A stretch of 64,000 nt of DNA from Balanoglossus misakiensis (lineage: Eukaryota > Animalia > Hemichordata): positions 8,626,232 through 8,690,231 of the forward strand of contig CM082589.2 of NCBI GenBank assembly GCA_040954595.2. The letters run 5' to 3'. Both the position numbers and the translations under genes were made by a program. Of the stretch, positions 49,535 through 62,816 are shown in pieces; the stretch's first letter is position 1; every line of letters begins with the position of its first letter. The notes beneath the pieces were generated by a model, which saw nothing but the letters and a program-made list of their open reading frames with translations, was not told the origin of the DNA and did no database searches.

Positions 49535-49646
49535 GACATTTTGATGACCAAAGAGTTGCAATGGAGTTGATTAAAAAGTGGTCAAAGAGATTACCTGATG
49601 TAAAGAGAGACAGTATTAATACCTGGGATGATGTTGTCATGAACCG
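49535..49646 (+). CDS. PRKDC: DNA-PKcs exon 24 ...WSKRLPD...WDDVVMNR
   Basis: tag/gtgggt, phase 1-2. Confidence 0.95.
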
Positions 49647-50955
49647 GTGGGTGTTTATACTTCACAACACAATGGTGCAATGTTTTAGTGAAACACTTTA
49701 AAGTCCCAATAGCTGCTAACTTTTTGGATTATTTTATTGTTAAACTTTGAACAGTCCAATTTTCAGTCAGGTAGCTGCTGGGTATACACAAAATTATTAT
49801 ATCAGTGCAAAAGTGCCACAGATACATCTTGTTATGATTTGCTCTTGTTATTAATGCAAGCCATGCTTAAATACTGTAAAACGGGAAATTTTCATAAATA
49901 ATAAATTTTCACAAACTACGCAAGAGCAAAAAACATGACAAAAAAGTTGCATAAATTATTTTCAGTGATAACGTTGCAGTAAGTGAAATACAAGAATGCG
50001 AAAATTAATCGTCGCATAACAGTTGCCACTTTTGATATTGTTATTGCTTAACCCTAAAAGTGCCGCGTCGGTGTATAGACCGACAGGTACTTCCGTATTG
50101 TCTGGCCATGTTGGTGTATACACCGACAACGTACAGTTGTCAATCACATGAAAATAGGCGAGGCTTATCTGTAGTTCGTGCCATATATGGTAAAAATAAT
50201 GACGTACTCGGGTCGTAGATGAATGAAACTCATTATAAATTGATTTATTCTGGGCGGGAAATGATGTCAGTCGCGTCGAACGTTCCAGAGAAAAACGATC
50301 GTGTTATCGACATGACCTAATTACGTGACCTTTGACAGTATGCGTCCTTCCTTCACTTTGTAAACCCGGAAGACAGCAAATTTTTCACTGGACATTTTCA
50401 TGACAGCGACTTCAACAATGATTACGATTTTTGGGGGTTTCATTAGTGCCTTTCTCACGTGTCGTCAACGCCGCCCCAGCGGCTTCCCTAGGGCGGCGTT
50501 AATTTGTAAGTGCCACGTGTGAAAAGGTGAGAGCGGCCCTGCGCCGCTCTTTTTTTGTGACGGTGTTGAGGGGTGGGACCTGGGTCGGGGCGCCGCACTA
50601 AACAGCGATTCAAATCACGTGTGAACAGAAACACCGCACTAAACGCCGATCTAAACGCACTCTACCGACACGGTTTGTCTCATTAAGCGCTGCATTAAGC
50701 GTTGAGGTTCACTTTACTAAAACAATGGCCGAAGCAGTGTCTCGAGGCAACAATTGGAGTGACGCGGAAATGGCCAAGGCACATACAAAGGAATTGCAAA
50801 CTCGACCTCCGACGACGATTTAGTAGCATGGACTGCAGTCTTCCAGGCGCAACCTCCAATGAAAGGTTACCATAAACCGGTATCGGTTCATTCAAATGCC
50901 CATGAAATCGGCGTCGGCGACGTTTAAAAAGCAAATTCAGGAGTACCATATACAG

Positions 50956-50998
50956 TAGCTCTGGACTTATACGCTGTTTGGGTATAAGTCCAGAGCTA
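50956..50998. mobile_element. 43-bp mini-MITE, 9-bp TSD CATATACAG
   Basis: 17-bp perfect TIR tagctctggacttatac, 9-nt spacer. Confidence 0.85.
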
Positions 50999-51194
50999 CA
51001 TATACAGTAAACACATCACTGAATCCGCCATTGTGACCTTTAGCCACGCTGCTGTGGACGCATTGAGTGCGGTGATCCCGTCCCTTTTATACACATGTGA
51101 ATGCAAAACTATTTGAGTCGCTGATAAGAAATGTTTACCAACTTTTATAATCCCAAAAAGGGCGCCCTAATCATTGCACGTGTGCAAGCGACTA

Positions 51195-52036
51195 CAGTAG
51201 AACGTCGATTATCCGAACAGCTAGGGGGACAGGCTTTTGGTTCGGTTATGCGATCGGTTCGGATACGCAAACTTAGGGGGGCGGGGTCAAATCTGACATA
51301 TAACACGCATACATAAACCCGTCCATAGTAGACAAGGCACATCGTTTTCCATTCTATTTTTATTTCTAAGTAAATTTGGATGGTTTCAAATACTGCACAA
51401 AGTAAAATTATGAGAAAGTAAAAAATAAATAAAAGAATGACGACGTGAGGTCGAGCATGTGACGCTCGCTTCATGACATAGCCATGATGGCATGGACAGT
51501 AATGGCGGAAGCAATGCGATGTCGGTCGGTTCGATGTTTCTCGGCAGATCACTACTGGAATTACAAATGGTGAAATTTCCCAAAACCCAAGGGTTTTTAA
51601 ACACTTCTACCGAACTAGTTAACACTTTCAAGTTTTGACAAAATGCCGCGAACGTTTAATGAAGAAGCCGACCATCGGTCGCAACCTTTTAGCAAGGCTG
51701 GCAAAGCTTTGCGGCTGACGAACCGTGCCATTGTCGAGCTGTTTATTTTCACACCTCTTGCGATTGCATCCAAATGATTCATACCCGGGGATACAAAACA
51801 TTAACACTTTAATTAAAACAAAAGGCTAATGGGCGGTAAGGTTGTTTAAAGAAATAACTTTTTAAAAGAGGAAAGTGCTGTATGATGCCTTCCTTTGACA
51901 GCGAGGGCCGTGAATATCAAACAATGATTAAGCAAGGTATACGCCTAGTACAGGTAGACTTTTCGGGGGACACAGAGTGAGTTCGGATGACCGAACAATG
52001 CGGATAATCGACGTGCGGATAATCGACGTTCTACTG
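51195..52036. mobile_element. pogo/Tigger-like MITE nested in the piggyBac-like element
   Basis: 21-bp TIR CAGTAGAACGTCGATTATCCG, TA TSD; related to the 16730 TIR. Confidence 0.9.
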
Positions 52037-52924
52037 TATTGACTACAATTTTATACCGATCAAGGCCATTAGTAATCCCGATCGTGACAACGACTTTGGA
52101 GCCGATGTCGAGAGCGGGTGGTCGCGCGCGCGATCGCGGGACCCAGCCAACTGCATTGAGCTGTGGACGTGATGTACGCGCACGGTCGCGGCCAGTCGAA
52201 CGCGCGCGACCGTGTTTTCGACAGTGTGTCTACATACTTATATTTATACCTTTGTATCTTAAAATGTCATTCCTTTGACTTTTGTTTGAAATTCTGTGAA
52301 GTTAGAGCAAAATATTTTGGGACATCGAGATTTTGTTGTTACTTGCAAAAAGTCCTGGGCCTGGGGGGTCGTGTACCTTAGAATTTTAAAGCACTTTAAG
52401 GGTTAATTCACCATTGATTGTGGCTATACATGTACACTAGAAATAAGTTATTAACGGGTGCCACATACTTTCATTATTAAAGCTGCCAATTGCAAGAGTC
52501 CACAACTATTGTAGTATAAGGGTATTAGAATCTCCACAAACTCAAAATGATGTCATCTATCAATGTAGGATTGGGAGGAGATTGAATTATTTTATCAATT
52601 ACAATATGATAAAAGTGGTAGCTATTGAGGTTTTAATCAAAGTTGACTTTTTTAAATATGTGTTGGTCAGGTTAGTAATTTCATTCTTTAGTGTGCCAGT
52701 ATATTGTCAGTAAACTTTAACCCAAGGCAGCTGATCATGTCTGCCTAGAAATTGCTATATTCATGCCACTTGCTGTATTTTACACCAACGCACGCACGCA
52801 CGTGTGTGTGTGTGTGTGCGCATGCACGCCTGTCTGTTTGTCAGTCTGTCTATAAGCAGACTTCCACCTTCCCACTGATACTCCTTGATTATGAAACTGA
52901 TAAAAATATTTATTTCCTTTGCAG

Positions 52925-53075
52925 TTGTTTCTATTTGGAGACATTGCTGCAGAAAGCAGACGGAGGTCACGACACAGAGTCCATGGAGATTGATAATGAT
53001 GTCTCTGTTCTGGAGAAAGTTGGCAGACAAAAAATATTGATGCAGTTGAAGTTAGCTGACAGTGCCTGGCAACAG
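52925..53075 (+). CDS. PRKDC: DNA-PKcs exon 25 CFYLE...SMEID...DSAWQQ
   Basis: cag/gtaaag, phase 2-0. Confidence 0.94.
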
Positions 53076-53350
53076 GTAAAGCTTCTTCAGTTCTTCTCCT
53101 ATTACCAGGTTCAAACGGTAAAATTTGAGACACTATTTGCCTATGGTGAACAGTAATCCTTTTAGTCGCGTTGTGTCCACCCCCCCCCCCCCCAAAAAAA
53201 AAAAAAAAAAAAATTGTGTATGCTATAGGCGCTGAGGCTCGATCCCATAGGCAAGGTTGCTGAGGGGTGTTATTTCTTACACCGACTCAGGTCTGGCCGG
53301 CAAAGCTGTGTCAGAACCACTATACAATGTCCACATGTTTTTAAAGGCGG

Positions 53351-53435
53351 TATAATAATAATTTATAATAATAATAATAATTTATTTGTATAGCGTCAGT
53401 ATCCACAAAAAATGTGATCAATGACGCTTAAAGCA
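53351..53435 (-). mobile_element. 3' tail fragment of an L2-like LINE/SINE
   Basis: Minus strand aagcgtca...tgacgctatacaaataaa followed by (TTA)n. Confidence 0.55.
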
Positions 53436-53545
53436 AAAGTACAATACAACAAATGGCTAAAAAACTTGACTTGCTGTAGTACATTCATCATTTGTCCTTA
53501 TTTTTGCGATTTAATATGCTGTGGTCACATTTTTCTGTTTGGCAG

Positions 53546-53723
53546 AGCAACTTTGGTGTGTCAGAGAAATACCTCAAGATAACCAACAATGAGATTGTTG
53601 ATGGAGATGAGGAGATGCGGTTGCTATGGATACATAGTTACAGCAGATTGAATCACAGGAAGAGCCGAAGTTTGCCATTGGCTAAACAGATCAGCAATGT
53701 TCTGACGACCCTTGAACAACTTG
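53546..53723 (+). CDS. PRKDC: DNA-PKcs exon 26 SNFGVS...WIHSYSRLNH...
   Basis: cag/gttagt, phase 0-1. Confidence 0.94.
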
Positions 53724-54635
53724 GTTAGTTTCAATATCACAAAAGTTACACTTGCTACTGTTGAAAAAAAAAATTAAAAGTCTCAACCATTTGCACCCTG
53801 ACCCCCTGCGGAACTGCGATATGAATTGCAAGTTTTCTTCTGAGCTGGATTCAAATGTTATCCCTAGCACTTTTCTGACTACTATGCTCTGTATCTGTAC
53901 TGGGATATTTTATTTGAATGAATCTTCTAGCACTAACAGGTCAATAGTGAGAACCAGTCTGCCCTTCTAGTGTGTGACAGAACAGATTCAAATTCTGTTT
54001 CTTTCCACATACATTGTAATTCACAGAAGATGACATAATAAAATGGGTCAATCTTCGCATATGATAAAACATTTGTGATATAGAAATTGTAAATGAAATC
54101 CTGTAAAACCCAGTTTTTTAGCTTAGGTTGAGAAGGTATACAACACACACATTAAATGCCAGATACATGGACTGAATATGCAAAATTGTACATAAATTGT
54201 GACAAATCTGATGTCGTGCCATATCATACTTTATATTCATCCTTAGTTGAGATCATGGGGGAGATGGTGATCATTGTAAACTGGAAAGCATTTAAATCTT
54301 CTTGTACTTCAGCATCAATTTAACAAAGTTTTAGCATGTATAATAGCAAAGTGAGTTGAAAATAAGTGAACCCTTGTAGATGTGCAACTAAATGTAAATA
54401 ATTCATGGTTTTGGCAAATTCACTAGGTTTATTATTACTTCCATGGCAACCAAACCTTGCTGTCGCAGTCACGCCCTGAATAAGTTGTATAAATTGTGGC
54501 CCACACGATCATTCTGTATAATGTGACAAGGGACGTATAGATATCTCAAACTTCATACGCTACAATGGAAAATCAAGCACTTTCTAAAGAAGATAGAAGA
54601 GAAAATTTAATCATAACGATATATCCATTTTACAG

Positions 54636-54746
54636 AGAAATATGCTGACAGTGATGTCCTGAATGCTGACACATCATTGGGCAGACAACATACAATTCTC
54701 AGTGGACAGTCATGTCACATGATAGCAGAGGCTCTACAGCAATCGG
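54636..54746 (+). CDS. PRKDC: DNA-PKcs exon 27 KYADSD...MIAEALQQS
   Basis: cag/gtaaaa, phase 1-1. Confidence 0.9.
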
Positions 54747-54859
54747 GTAAAACTTACAATCTCTTATTCGGTGTATTCATGAACATTAATAAACTTGTAG
54801 ACGTTACTTAGTGAATAGTGTCCTATGCCATACAAGTGTTCTTAGTACACAATAAGTCA

Positions 54860-55305
54860 ATTAGGCACTAACCCCTGCCACGGGCAGGTATACACAAGAT
54901 TTGGGTACAATTGGAGACATATAGCACAAGCCGTTAGGCGACTTCTACATGGAGCGAATTGTACCCAAATCCAGTGTATACACGACTGAGGCGGAGGTTA
55001 TTGCTATTATATTATATCAACAATTGATTTGGTGGCATATCAGTGTCATTAAATTCTTAACGAAACAGCGTCAGAAAAGAAGTTATGAACGTGAACTACA
55101 ATGTAAACTCACAACAACAAAATGTAAACACGAGCGCCAAAGATGGAGCATTAAACATGAATCAGACGAGAAAAAAAACTGACAAGACAGTCATCACACA
55201 TTTCCCCTGCTGCATGCTAGCTGTTGTACAAGATTACTTTACAATGGCTGGATTGAGCTCTTCTCGTCTGATCAGAATGGCAGGTGGTAGCATGGTATAA
55301 TAAAA
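54860..55305. mobile_element. Hairpin-bearing non-autonomous element, probably Crypton-derived
   Basis: Stem gtatacac...gatttgggtacaatt / aattgtacccaaatc...gtgtatac around agccgttaggcga. Confidence 0.55.
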
Positions 55306-55453
55306 TACACAGTAGCCTAATGTGTATGTATATGTATAGAGTATTCAATATAAAATTATCCCTTGTAAAGGTTGTTGCAACCATATCAAATCAATGATGT
55401 TTTACTGGTACTACTAACTTTCAAGTTACATGTATTTACTTTGATTCTCCTAG

Positions 55454-55542
55454 GTGATGGCATTTTTGAAGCTTTGAATGAAAACAAATTTAATTTGTTG
55501 ATGAATGTGAGTGGAAGTACAGCAAGTCCATCTTTGAATGAG
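55454..55542 (+). CDS. PRKDC: DNA-PKcs exon 28 DGIFEALNE...SLNE
   Basis: tag/gtaaga, phase 1-0. Confidence 0.88.
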
Positions 55543-56010
55543 GTAAGATTCTGTTAAACAGAATTAGGACAGATCATTTTCAATCAAATAGAAGTCCTGT
55601 AAATATCCAGCCCTCAACATACATACTTGCATAAGGTTGCTTTGAACATGGGTAAACATTTTAGCATGTTCATCTTATTTTGGAAACAAAGTCGAATTTC
55701 TGTCATAAAAGCATTTGCAACAACAATCTATTGCTATTCTTTAATACCAAATGACCTCAAATTTCCAGCTGAAGGGCAACATGGTGCAGACGACTGTGCA
55801 GATGAAACGCCATTAAGCTGATGAGGCACTATGCCTGATACATATTGTGTGTCTGGCGGTTCTAAAGTATAAACATACTCGGACAAAATTTATACTGGAT
55901 ACCGCCATGTTGTTTTCCCATCGCCATGGAAACAACAATGCCATGGTTCACATGGCTAGATCATATGGTTGATATTAAAAGAATTTGGGTTGCTTTGTTT
56001 TCTCGTGCAG

Positions 56011-56188
56011 GTTGTGGATGGTATGCTGGGGAAAGCATTTGTGTTTTTCAAGCAAGCTGTCAAATCAGCATCTGACGAAGAGGAAATACATCGCTATGAC
56101 GACAGTCAGATGGACAGAGGAGGAATAACTCAAGCCTATGTCGCCATGGCTACATTCTGTGATAAAGCTCTGAGACAGCAGGAAGAAG
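56011..56188 (+). CDS. PRKDC: DNA-PKcs exon 29 VVDGML...AYVAMATFCDKALRQQEE
   Basis: cag/gtaaga, phase 0-1. Confidence 0.95.
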
Positions 56189-56287
56189 GTAAGATTTGCT
56201 TCTATAATTGTCACTGAATAATGGACAGAGACAGACACCAAATTTTAATACATACATTTTTTACAAGAGTTAAATGACCATGTTTAA

Positions 56288-56791
56288 AGGCACGTAAGCT
56301 GTAACTTTTGGGATAATTTTCATAATTTTTGTTTCACACTGCACTACCATTAGTCCATGCAGATGAAGGCAGTGAACTATACACAAGCATTATAAACCCT
56401 AAATATGAGTGCATATGCAAGTTTTAACCAGATAAATAATAAAGCTTTGCCGCAAGCGATTATGGCCGCCACCGTGGGAAAATGAAAGAAACAATGAAAA
56501 TGTCGCATTTCCGGTTGTGAAACTTCATAAACAAAACATGATCTCATCCACTTGAGCTCATGGAAGTTAATGTACACCACTGAGACATCAGATTTTCATT
56601 TTTCATTGCAATATTGCACTTTTTTAAAAATTTCAGGAATTTTCGTTTTTCTTTAATTTTTGGCCATTTTGTCATAAATAAGTGTTGAGCTTGATATATT
56701 ATCATGAAATAGCATTTAACAGATATAATTAAAAGCATACATGAGATTATTTAAAACATTGATTTTTTATCCAGTTGCAGCTTACGTGCCT
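56288..56791. mobile_element. TTAA MITE (Kolobok-type termini)
   Basis: TIR aggcacgtaagctg; TTAA on both sides. Confidence 0.85.
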
Positions 56792-56841
56792 TTAAGTTTT
56801 AAATGTTGTGCATTGCCTGCTTTGTGGTGTTCTTTTTTCAG

Positions 56842-57011
56842 AGGAAGACATAGCTGCCAGTCAATCCATTACAAGTTCATTTCCAAAGTCGGTTATGATT
56901 CATCTGCTAAAAGCACTGAAACTGAACTCGGTGGAAGCTATGCAAAGATTTCCCAGACTGCTGCAATTGGTAGAAACCTACCCAGATACCATGGATACAT
57001 TTGTCAATATG
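56842..57011 (+). CDS. PRKDC: DNA-PKcs exon 30 ...LKALKLNSVEAMQRFPRLLQLVETYP
   Basis: cag/gtaatt, phase 1-0. Confidence 0.96.
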
Positions 57012-57192
57012 GTAATTAAATACTAAATTTACAAATAAGATTATTTCATCTCAGACTACCAGCGTCATCAGAATTATCTTATTTAAAGAGATTATTTTTG
57101 AGTTTACAGTTTACAAATCACTAAGTGGGCTAAATATTAATAAGTGTCATAAAGAGATCATGAAACTTGTCCTCTCTGACTTTTCTGCTATG

Positions 57193-57330
57193 TTAAAAGG
57201 GGACAATGTATAATGCTCATGTGCCAAACCATAGACTCTGGTTACAAAAACTGTATACACTCAATGCCATAAGGCAGTGTGACATCCTTAGAACAGACAG
57301 ACGGCAAGCATAGTCTGTGTCAGAGATTGA
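57193..57330 (-). repeat. Dispersed repeat of about 140 bp (other copies 13330-13468, 44105-44173)
   Basis: Shared gtct(c/a)tggtttg(a/g)cacatg... motif ending ccctttaa. Confidence 0.65.
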
Positions 57331-57930
57331 GAAAACACAGCAAATTGGGTAAAAAGAAGGAACGAAATGAATGTCTACCTACAAACACGATGCCCATGAA
57401 ATATGGAAGCGAACGCAATCCACTGTTTGAATTGGACTGGATTGGACATAATGTTTGTTCACACAAAATTATGCTCATGTGTACGAGACAATCCTCTGCC
57501 TTTAAGCATTGGAGTACTTTTATAAAATGTAAGTACATGTACTGCCCCCTTGGATCCTTCCCCCCTATTTCCACATCCTGGGCAGTGTCAGTGTCATGGT
57601 GAGATATTCTAAGATTGTAACTGAATCCAGAGAAAATGTGCATGACTATTGCTAGGTAATCAATGGAGTGTCCAAAATGTCTATGTTTATTTTTATCAGT
57701 TTGCCATTTTCAATGAAAATTTATATATACTAAAGAAGGTTGCTGGCGAAATAGCACAATGAGAAAAATGTTTCTAGGTCCTATTTGGTATATGTATATA
57801 CACCAGTGGGACCATGGGATTGGTTGGGTGTGTATGTATATGGATGGATATCTGTATGTTTTTATTGGCTTCTTATCTTCATTTACATATCACTGCTTAC
57901 AGAACAATACGTTTGTTATTTTGTTTGCAG

Positions 57931-58053
57931 GTATCTGAAATTCCCTCTTGGATGTTCCTTGGCTGGCTCAGTCAGATGTTGGCTTTGTTGGACAAGAAGG
58001 AATCACAGGCTGTGCATGAAATTTTGCAAGACATTGCTAGAGAATATCCTCAG
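57931..58053 (+). CDS. PRKDC: DNA-PKcs exon 31 VSEIPSWMFLGWLSQMLALLDK...YPQ
   Basis: cag/gtaaag, phase 0-0. Confidence 0.97.
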
Positions 58054-58204
58054 GTAAAGTTATCGATTCGTTTTGTTGGTGATACAAATGTTTTTACAAT
58101 TGCTACTGTTAGTTGATTTTATGAAAAAAATAATACAGGAGAAATTTATCAAGTGCATGGTGTGATTTCCTCAGCTTTCTAACTTTACTTGCCTAAAGTA
58201 GAAT

Positions 58205-58620
58205 AATAGAATCTCACACTCCCAAGGACCTGGGATCATATTTCTCACACGAGTTGGGGATTTTCTGTCCCACACGAGCCGCAGGCGAGTGTGGGACAGA
58301 AAATCCCCGACGAGTGTGAGAAATATGATCCCAGGTCCTTGGTGTGTGAGATTATTTTTCTCACACAGTCACAAATTAGCCAAATTCGTTAAAAACATTG
58401 AGTAAATGACTCTGGAACTGTCGTCTGGGCATGTTGTAGTCTCCGGCCCTGTAATACACATCACGCCATTGGATAACATTTAGCGCACGTTTGCAAATGA
58501 AGGCTTTTTCAACCAATCAGCACTCGCGTCATATACAGCTTTCGATTCAGTGAGAGTGTGAGAACAATTTGTTCTCACACTCTGTTCTCACACTCCCAGC
58601 GTGCCAGGAGTGTCAGAAAA
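58205..58620. mobile_element. Hairpin-bearing non-autonomous element, probably Crypton-derived
   Basis: About 65-bp stem around gagccgcaggcgag; ccaatcag motif; tctcacac repeats. Confidence 0.65.
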
Positions 58621-58725
58621 GTAAATCTTTGTATCAGCTTTCAATACGTATTGCACTACTGGTTGCATTGCTCATATCAGTAATGTTACTTGCATTGTAT
58701 ACCAAAAGTCAGGAGTTTAGTGAAT

Positions 58726-60987
58726 TATTATTATTATTATTATAAACTTTATTTCGGACTCATGGTCCATACTACAGAAGGACTAATTAGTTGAAAGGGG
58801 AAAAAATAGATTACATAATCTAAATGACAAAAAGAAGCTTATTCCAAAGGCTCAAAGTTTCAGAATTAAAATACAATATATCATGCACTTGCCGCACAAT
58901 GACATTTTGGCAGTTCAAAAGTCTTTGTTTGAGACTAAAAATTTGCCTTCTATGCAGGGCATCGAATGTATCAATTCTGTTCGTCACAAACATAGAGCTC
59001 GCACTACTTCGTCTATCGTATCCCAATAGGATACGAGCAGTGTTGTTGTATGCAACTTTCAATTTCCTCATTGTGCTGACAGTGAATTTTACCCACATTG
59101 GGCTTCCATACATTTGATAACAATATGTTTTGAAGAGAATACTCTAGATGTCAAAAGTACATCTGAAAAAAATTCTCTTAAGCATATTAGCTGACACATA
59201 AAAACATCGCATCTGTCGCTCAATATCATCATCATCATGGAGATGATCGTTGAGGATGAAACCCAGATGCTTTTTCTTTGTTACAAATGCTAGTTTAACT
59301 CCATTAAGATAAACAGAAGGAATGCGACGAATCATAGAAGAATCCGATTTGATACACATACAGTTAGTCTTTTTGTCATTAAATAAAATATCATGAGTAT
59401 TACCATAGTCGCCACAGATATCGACCAACTTCTGAGTCCCCTTGACCGAAGGACTAATAAGACATATATCATCGGCATACATTAAATGATTGATAAAATA
59501 TCCTCCAATATTACAGCCTGTTTTGGAGTTTGACAACATCATACTCAACTGATCAACATAAATATTAAAAAACTTAGGTGACAAGATTCCACCTTGTTTG
59601 ACACCATTAGAGACAGTGAATCCAGCAGAGGTACATGAACCCCAGCGAATGAAAATCTGCTGAGTACGATACCAACTCAAAAGAAATCTAACAAAATAAG
59701 CTGGAACTTTGCGATCTATTAGTTTCTTGAATAAAACCCAATGGTTCACTCTGTCGAATGCTTTTGAAGCATCCATGAAGGTGATAATTACATTACTGCC
59801 ATGCTTTCTATAGAAGTTGATTACTTCTTTAAGAACAAATACGCACATATCAGTGGAATGGCCAGATTTGAAACCAAACTGATAATGTGACGTCTCAAGA
59901 AAACAATCAATATGTCTAAGTAAAATTAACTGAATGAGCTTTGAAGCAACTGTAGAGAGTGCAATTGGACGGTAATTACTTTTGTCATTAACATTGTTGT
60001 TTTTGTCCTTTACTATGGGAACTAAGACAGTATCAGAAAGTCTACTCGGGCAAAAACCATGTACAAACATTGCTGTAAAACACATACTAAGTAAGATAGA
60101 AATCTTAGTACTGGCATACATAAAATGCTCCACTGAAAGAAAGTCTGAGCCAGCAGCTTTCCCAGTCTGTAATTTAGAAATGGCATCACACACGTCACCG
60201 GGTAAAACAGTAACACTATTATCAAAGGTACATTTCTCAACAGCTTCCAAGACAAATTTCTTATCATCAGTCGTGTTCACAGAGTTATAAATTTCTTGGT
60301 AATGTTTACACCACATATCAGCAACATTAGCTTCACCAGTACAACCACCTACATTATTTGGCCTGGAAGAACACTTTTTGATATTGACAGAATGCCAAAA
60401 TTTCTTGTGGTTACCTTCACAGAGGTTTTTGGCCATAGCATCAGCTTTCATGTGCTCTTCATTAATTCGACACGCCCGCAACGCATACTTGAAACGAGCA
60501 TGAGTACAACGTTTAAAATCATACAATGGTCCATTCTTGGGTCTCTTTTAAATGGGTCATTCCACTCAGCAACTACACAACTTTTTCCACTATCATTGGC
60601 GTGGCTAATACGAGTGCCAGCACAGTGTAAACAATCAATGATATTACCATAGAAGTCAGCAATACTATCAACATGATTCTTGTCTTTACAGTGAATGTCT
60701 TTACAGCATAATGAATCAGTAGGAATATTAATATCTGCAAGAAGTCTATCCGTGACATCAGTGTACATATTACATCGTTTGTTACTGACATTAGACCAAT
60801 TTAAATTAAATCCTGTATTACTATAGGAAGTATGGGATCTACTAGAGTCACATGATGGAAAGTGGAAAATGATCTGATAAGATCATGTCATACAAAATTT
60901 CCATTGACTGTATACAATGGTGAGAACTATATGTACAAATACAATGGTCTAACCATGAAGTAGAGCCATGCATGTCGCTAACATGTA
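58726..60987 (-). mobile_element. 5'-truncated non-LTR retrotransposon, RTE-X-like
   Basis: EN remnant (SWLDHC), RT (SNYRPIAL, DASKAFDRV, GVKQGGILSP, YADD), aataaa plus (TAA)n tail; possible TSD agtgaat. Confidence 0.88.
59144..60526 (-). pseudogene. LINE reverse transcriptase, largest open segment
   Basis: 460-aa ORF, disrupted upstream and downstream. Confidence 0.9.
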
Positions 60988-61043
60988 AGTGAATAAAGTA
61001 AACCCGGAAATTTTCATGACAGGAAATTTTCTGGAATTCACTG

Positions 61044-61966
61044 CAGGGTTTTACATCACTTTTTACTTTTGGGAGTCCCTGGGACTCCTAGTGTTGAAAA
61101 ATGGGGGTCCTACATCAAACCATGGGGGTCCCAATTTATTTCACCAGAATATTTTATCATTTCATCAATGCTGGAAATTAGAAAATCCTTCTGTGAATGG
61201 GCAACGGTTGTAAGAATCAATACCAATCCAAATCATAAAATGATATTGTCTACAAGATATAGGGAGTAATTCCAAGATCAACTGTAGTATGGCTAGGGGT
61301 CCCATCTTGAACATCACCTTATGAGTGACCGTTTGACCTAAAGCATATAATATGGAGAATACCAGTACATGTACTCTCAACTTGGTCTTCTTATAGTCTT
61401 ATTCGAGAAATTTGCAGCTGAATCTATATTTAAAGTTTAAGTTCAGGGTTTTCAACAAAACTAAGACTGCTGGTACTCATGGACGGTTTCAGAGCAATAG
61501 GAGTCACGGTAGTTCACTGCTTGCACACAGCAAAGTGCGATATAGGCGTGATATCGCAGTGTAACTTATAATTCCCAAGAGGGTGACTGCGTGTACGTAA
61601 ACTGTATCAAATTCAACAATAAACCAAGTTTGCTACAAGTTTGCTATGAAACTGTTATCAGTATCGATTACAGGTCATAAGGTCATTAACTGTTTAATTG
61701 ACTCTCTGTGTACGCATTAGATATCATTAGATATCAGGAAACGCGCAACAAGGGTCTCAACAACAGACATATTTCATGCGTCCTTAACTGTTTAATTGAC
61801 TCTCTGTGTACGCGTACACCCATTAGATATCAGGAAACGCGCAACAAGGGTCTCAACAACAGACATATTTCATGCGTCCCAAGGGACGCATGGTTTAGTT
61901 TTTGACGGGTCCCACGCCCAGTTTTTTGCGTAAAGGACGCAGAAATGCGCGTCATGTAAAACCCTG
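61044..61966. mobile_element. hAT-like MITE with 5-bp TSD CACTG (hAT5-type)
   Basis: 13-bp TIR CAGGGTTTTACAT; gggac/gtccc subterminal motifs. Confidence 0.85.
61686..61879. repeat. Tandem duplication, two units of about 98 bp
   Basis: ttaactgtttaattgactctctgtgtacgc...catgcgtcc twice. Confidence 0.92.
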
Positions 61967-62306
61967 CACTGCATTGTCTTACAATGTTCATGATACAGGG
62001 GTGATGATCAATGAACAGAACAGTGGTTCACTTTCACTGTTGTAGTGCAGTGACAGTAAACTCACGCAAGATTTTACAACACACGTAAGCTAACGGAAAT
62101 GCTGAAAACAATCGGGAATTTCAAATGGAAATTTGGATTCGCCAGCGTGGCGAATCAATTTGATGAAATGTTCGCCACATCAGAGTTTTTGCAACTGTGG
62201 CGAGCGTTAGCATGAACACTGGATATTCATGCATAATTTACTGTGAAACATTTATTCTACTGAAACATAATACATTAACTTCACAATTTCACATCCTCAA
62301 TTTCAA

Positions 62307-62657
62307 TAGCCTGGTCTCCATACCCAGTGTGTTTTAGATAGACTCATGTACAGGGTCTGGACACACAGTCAACTCTCTTCGATTTTGAATCAAAGTGACC
62401 CGGGCGTAGCTAATAGTTGGAAAATAATTAGCATTAATTAGCAACATCTGTCCTAGTGGCCAATCAGTAGTGTGTGGCATAAGGTGATTGACTTGAAAGA
62501 CGTTAGAGTCAAGACCATGTGGTGACCTTGTTGCCATGACATCGCATTTTGAGCTCTATTGATCGACATGCAGATCTTCTTCAAAATCGAGTTGACTGCG
62601 TGTCCAGGCCCTGTGTGTGAGTCTATCTAAAACACACTGGGTATGGAGACCAGGCTA
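62307..62657. mobile_element. Fold-back MITE, TAG...CTA termini, 9-bp TSD (caatttcaa/caatttcag)
   Basis: TIR tagcctggtctccatacccagtgtgttttagatagactca. Confidence 0.88.
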
Positions 62658-62816
62658 CAATTTCAGGTGCTTTGACCAGCTCAACCATTATTGTGTCCTC
62701 CTGTTCAAAAGCTTACGTACACTACCAGCAGAAGCGGTTGAGGAAGACTACTGCTGATAAGTGTGTGAATTCAATGAATAATTATTCATACATGTTGTTT
62801 GTTCTTGTGGAACCAG

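Larger units (their letters stand above)
50052..52402 (+). mobile_element. piggyBac-like non-autonomous element carrying nested insertions
   Basis: TTAA TSD; TIR ccct(a/t)aaagtgc; DSD...DFWGF acidic stub near 50402. Confidence 0.78.
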
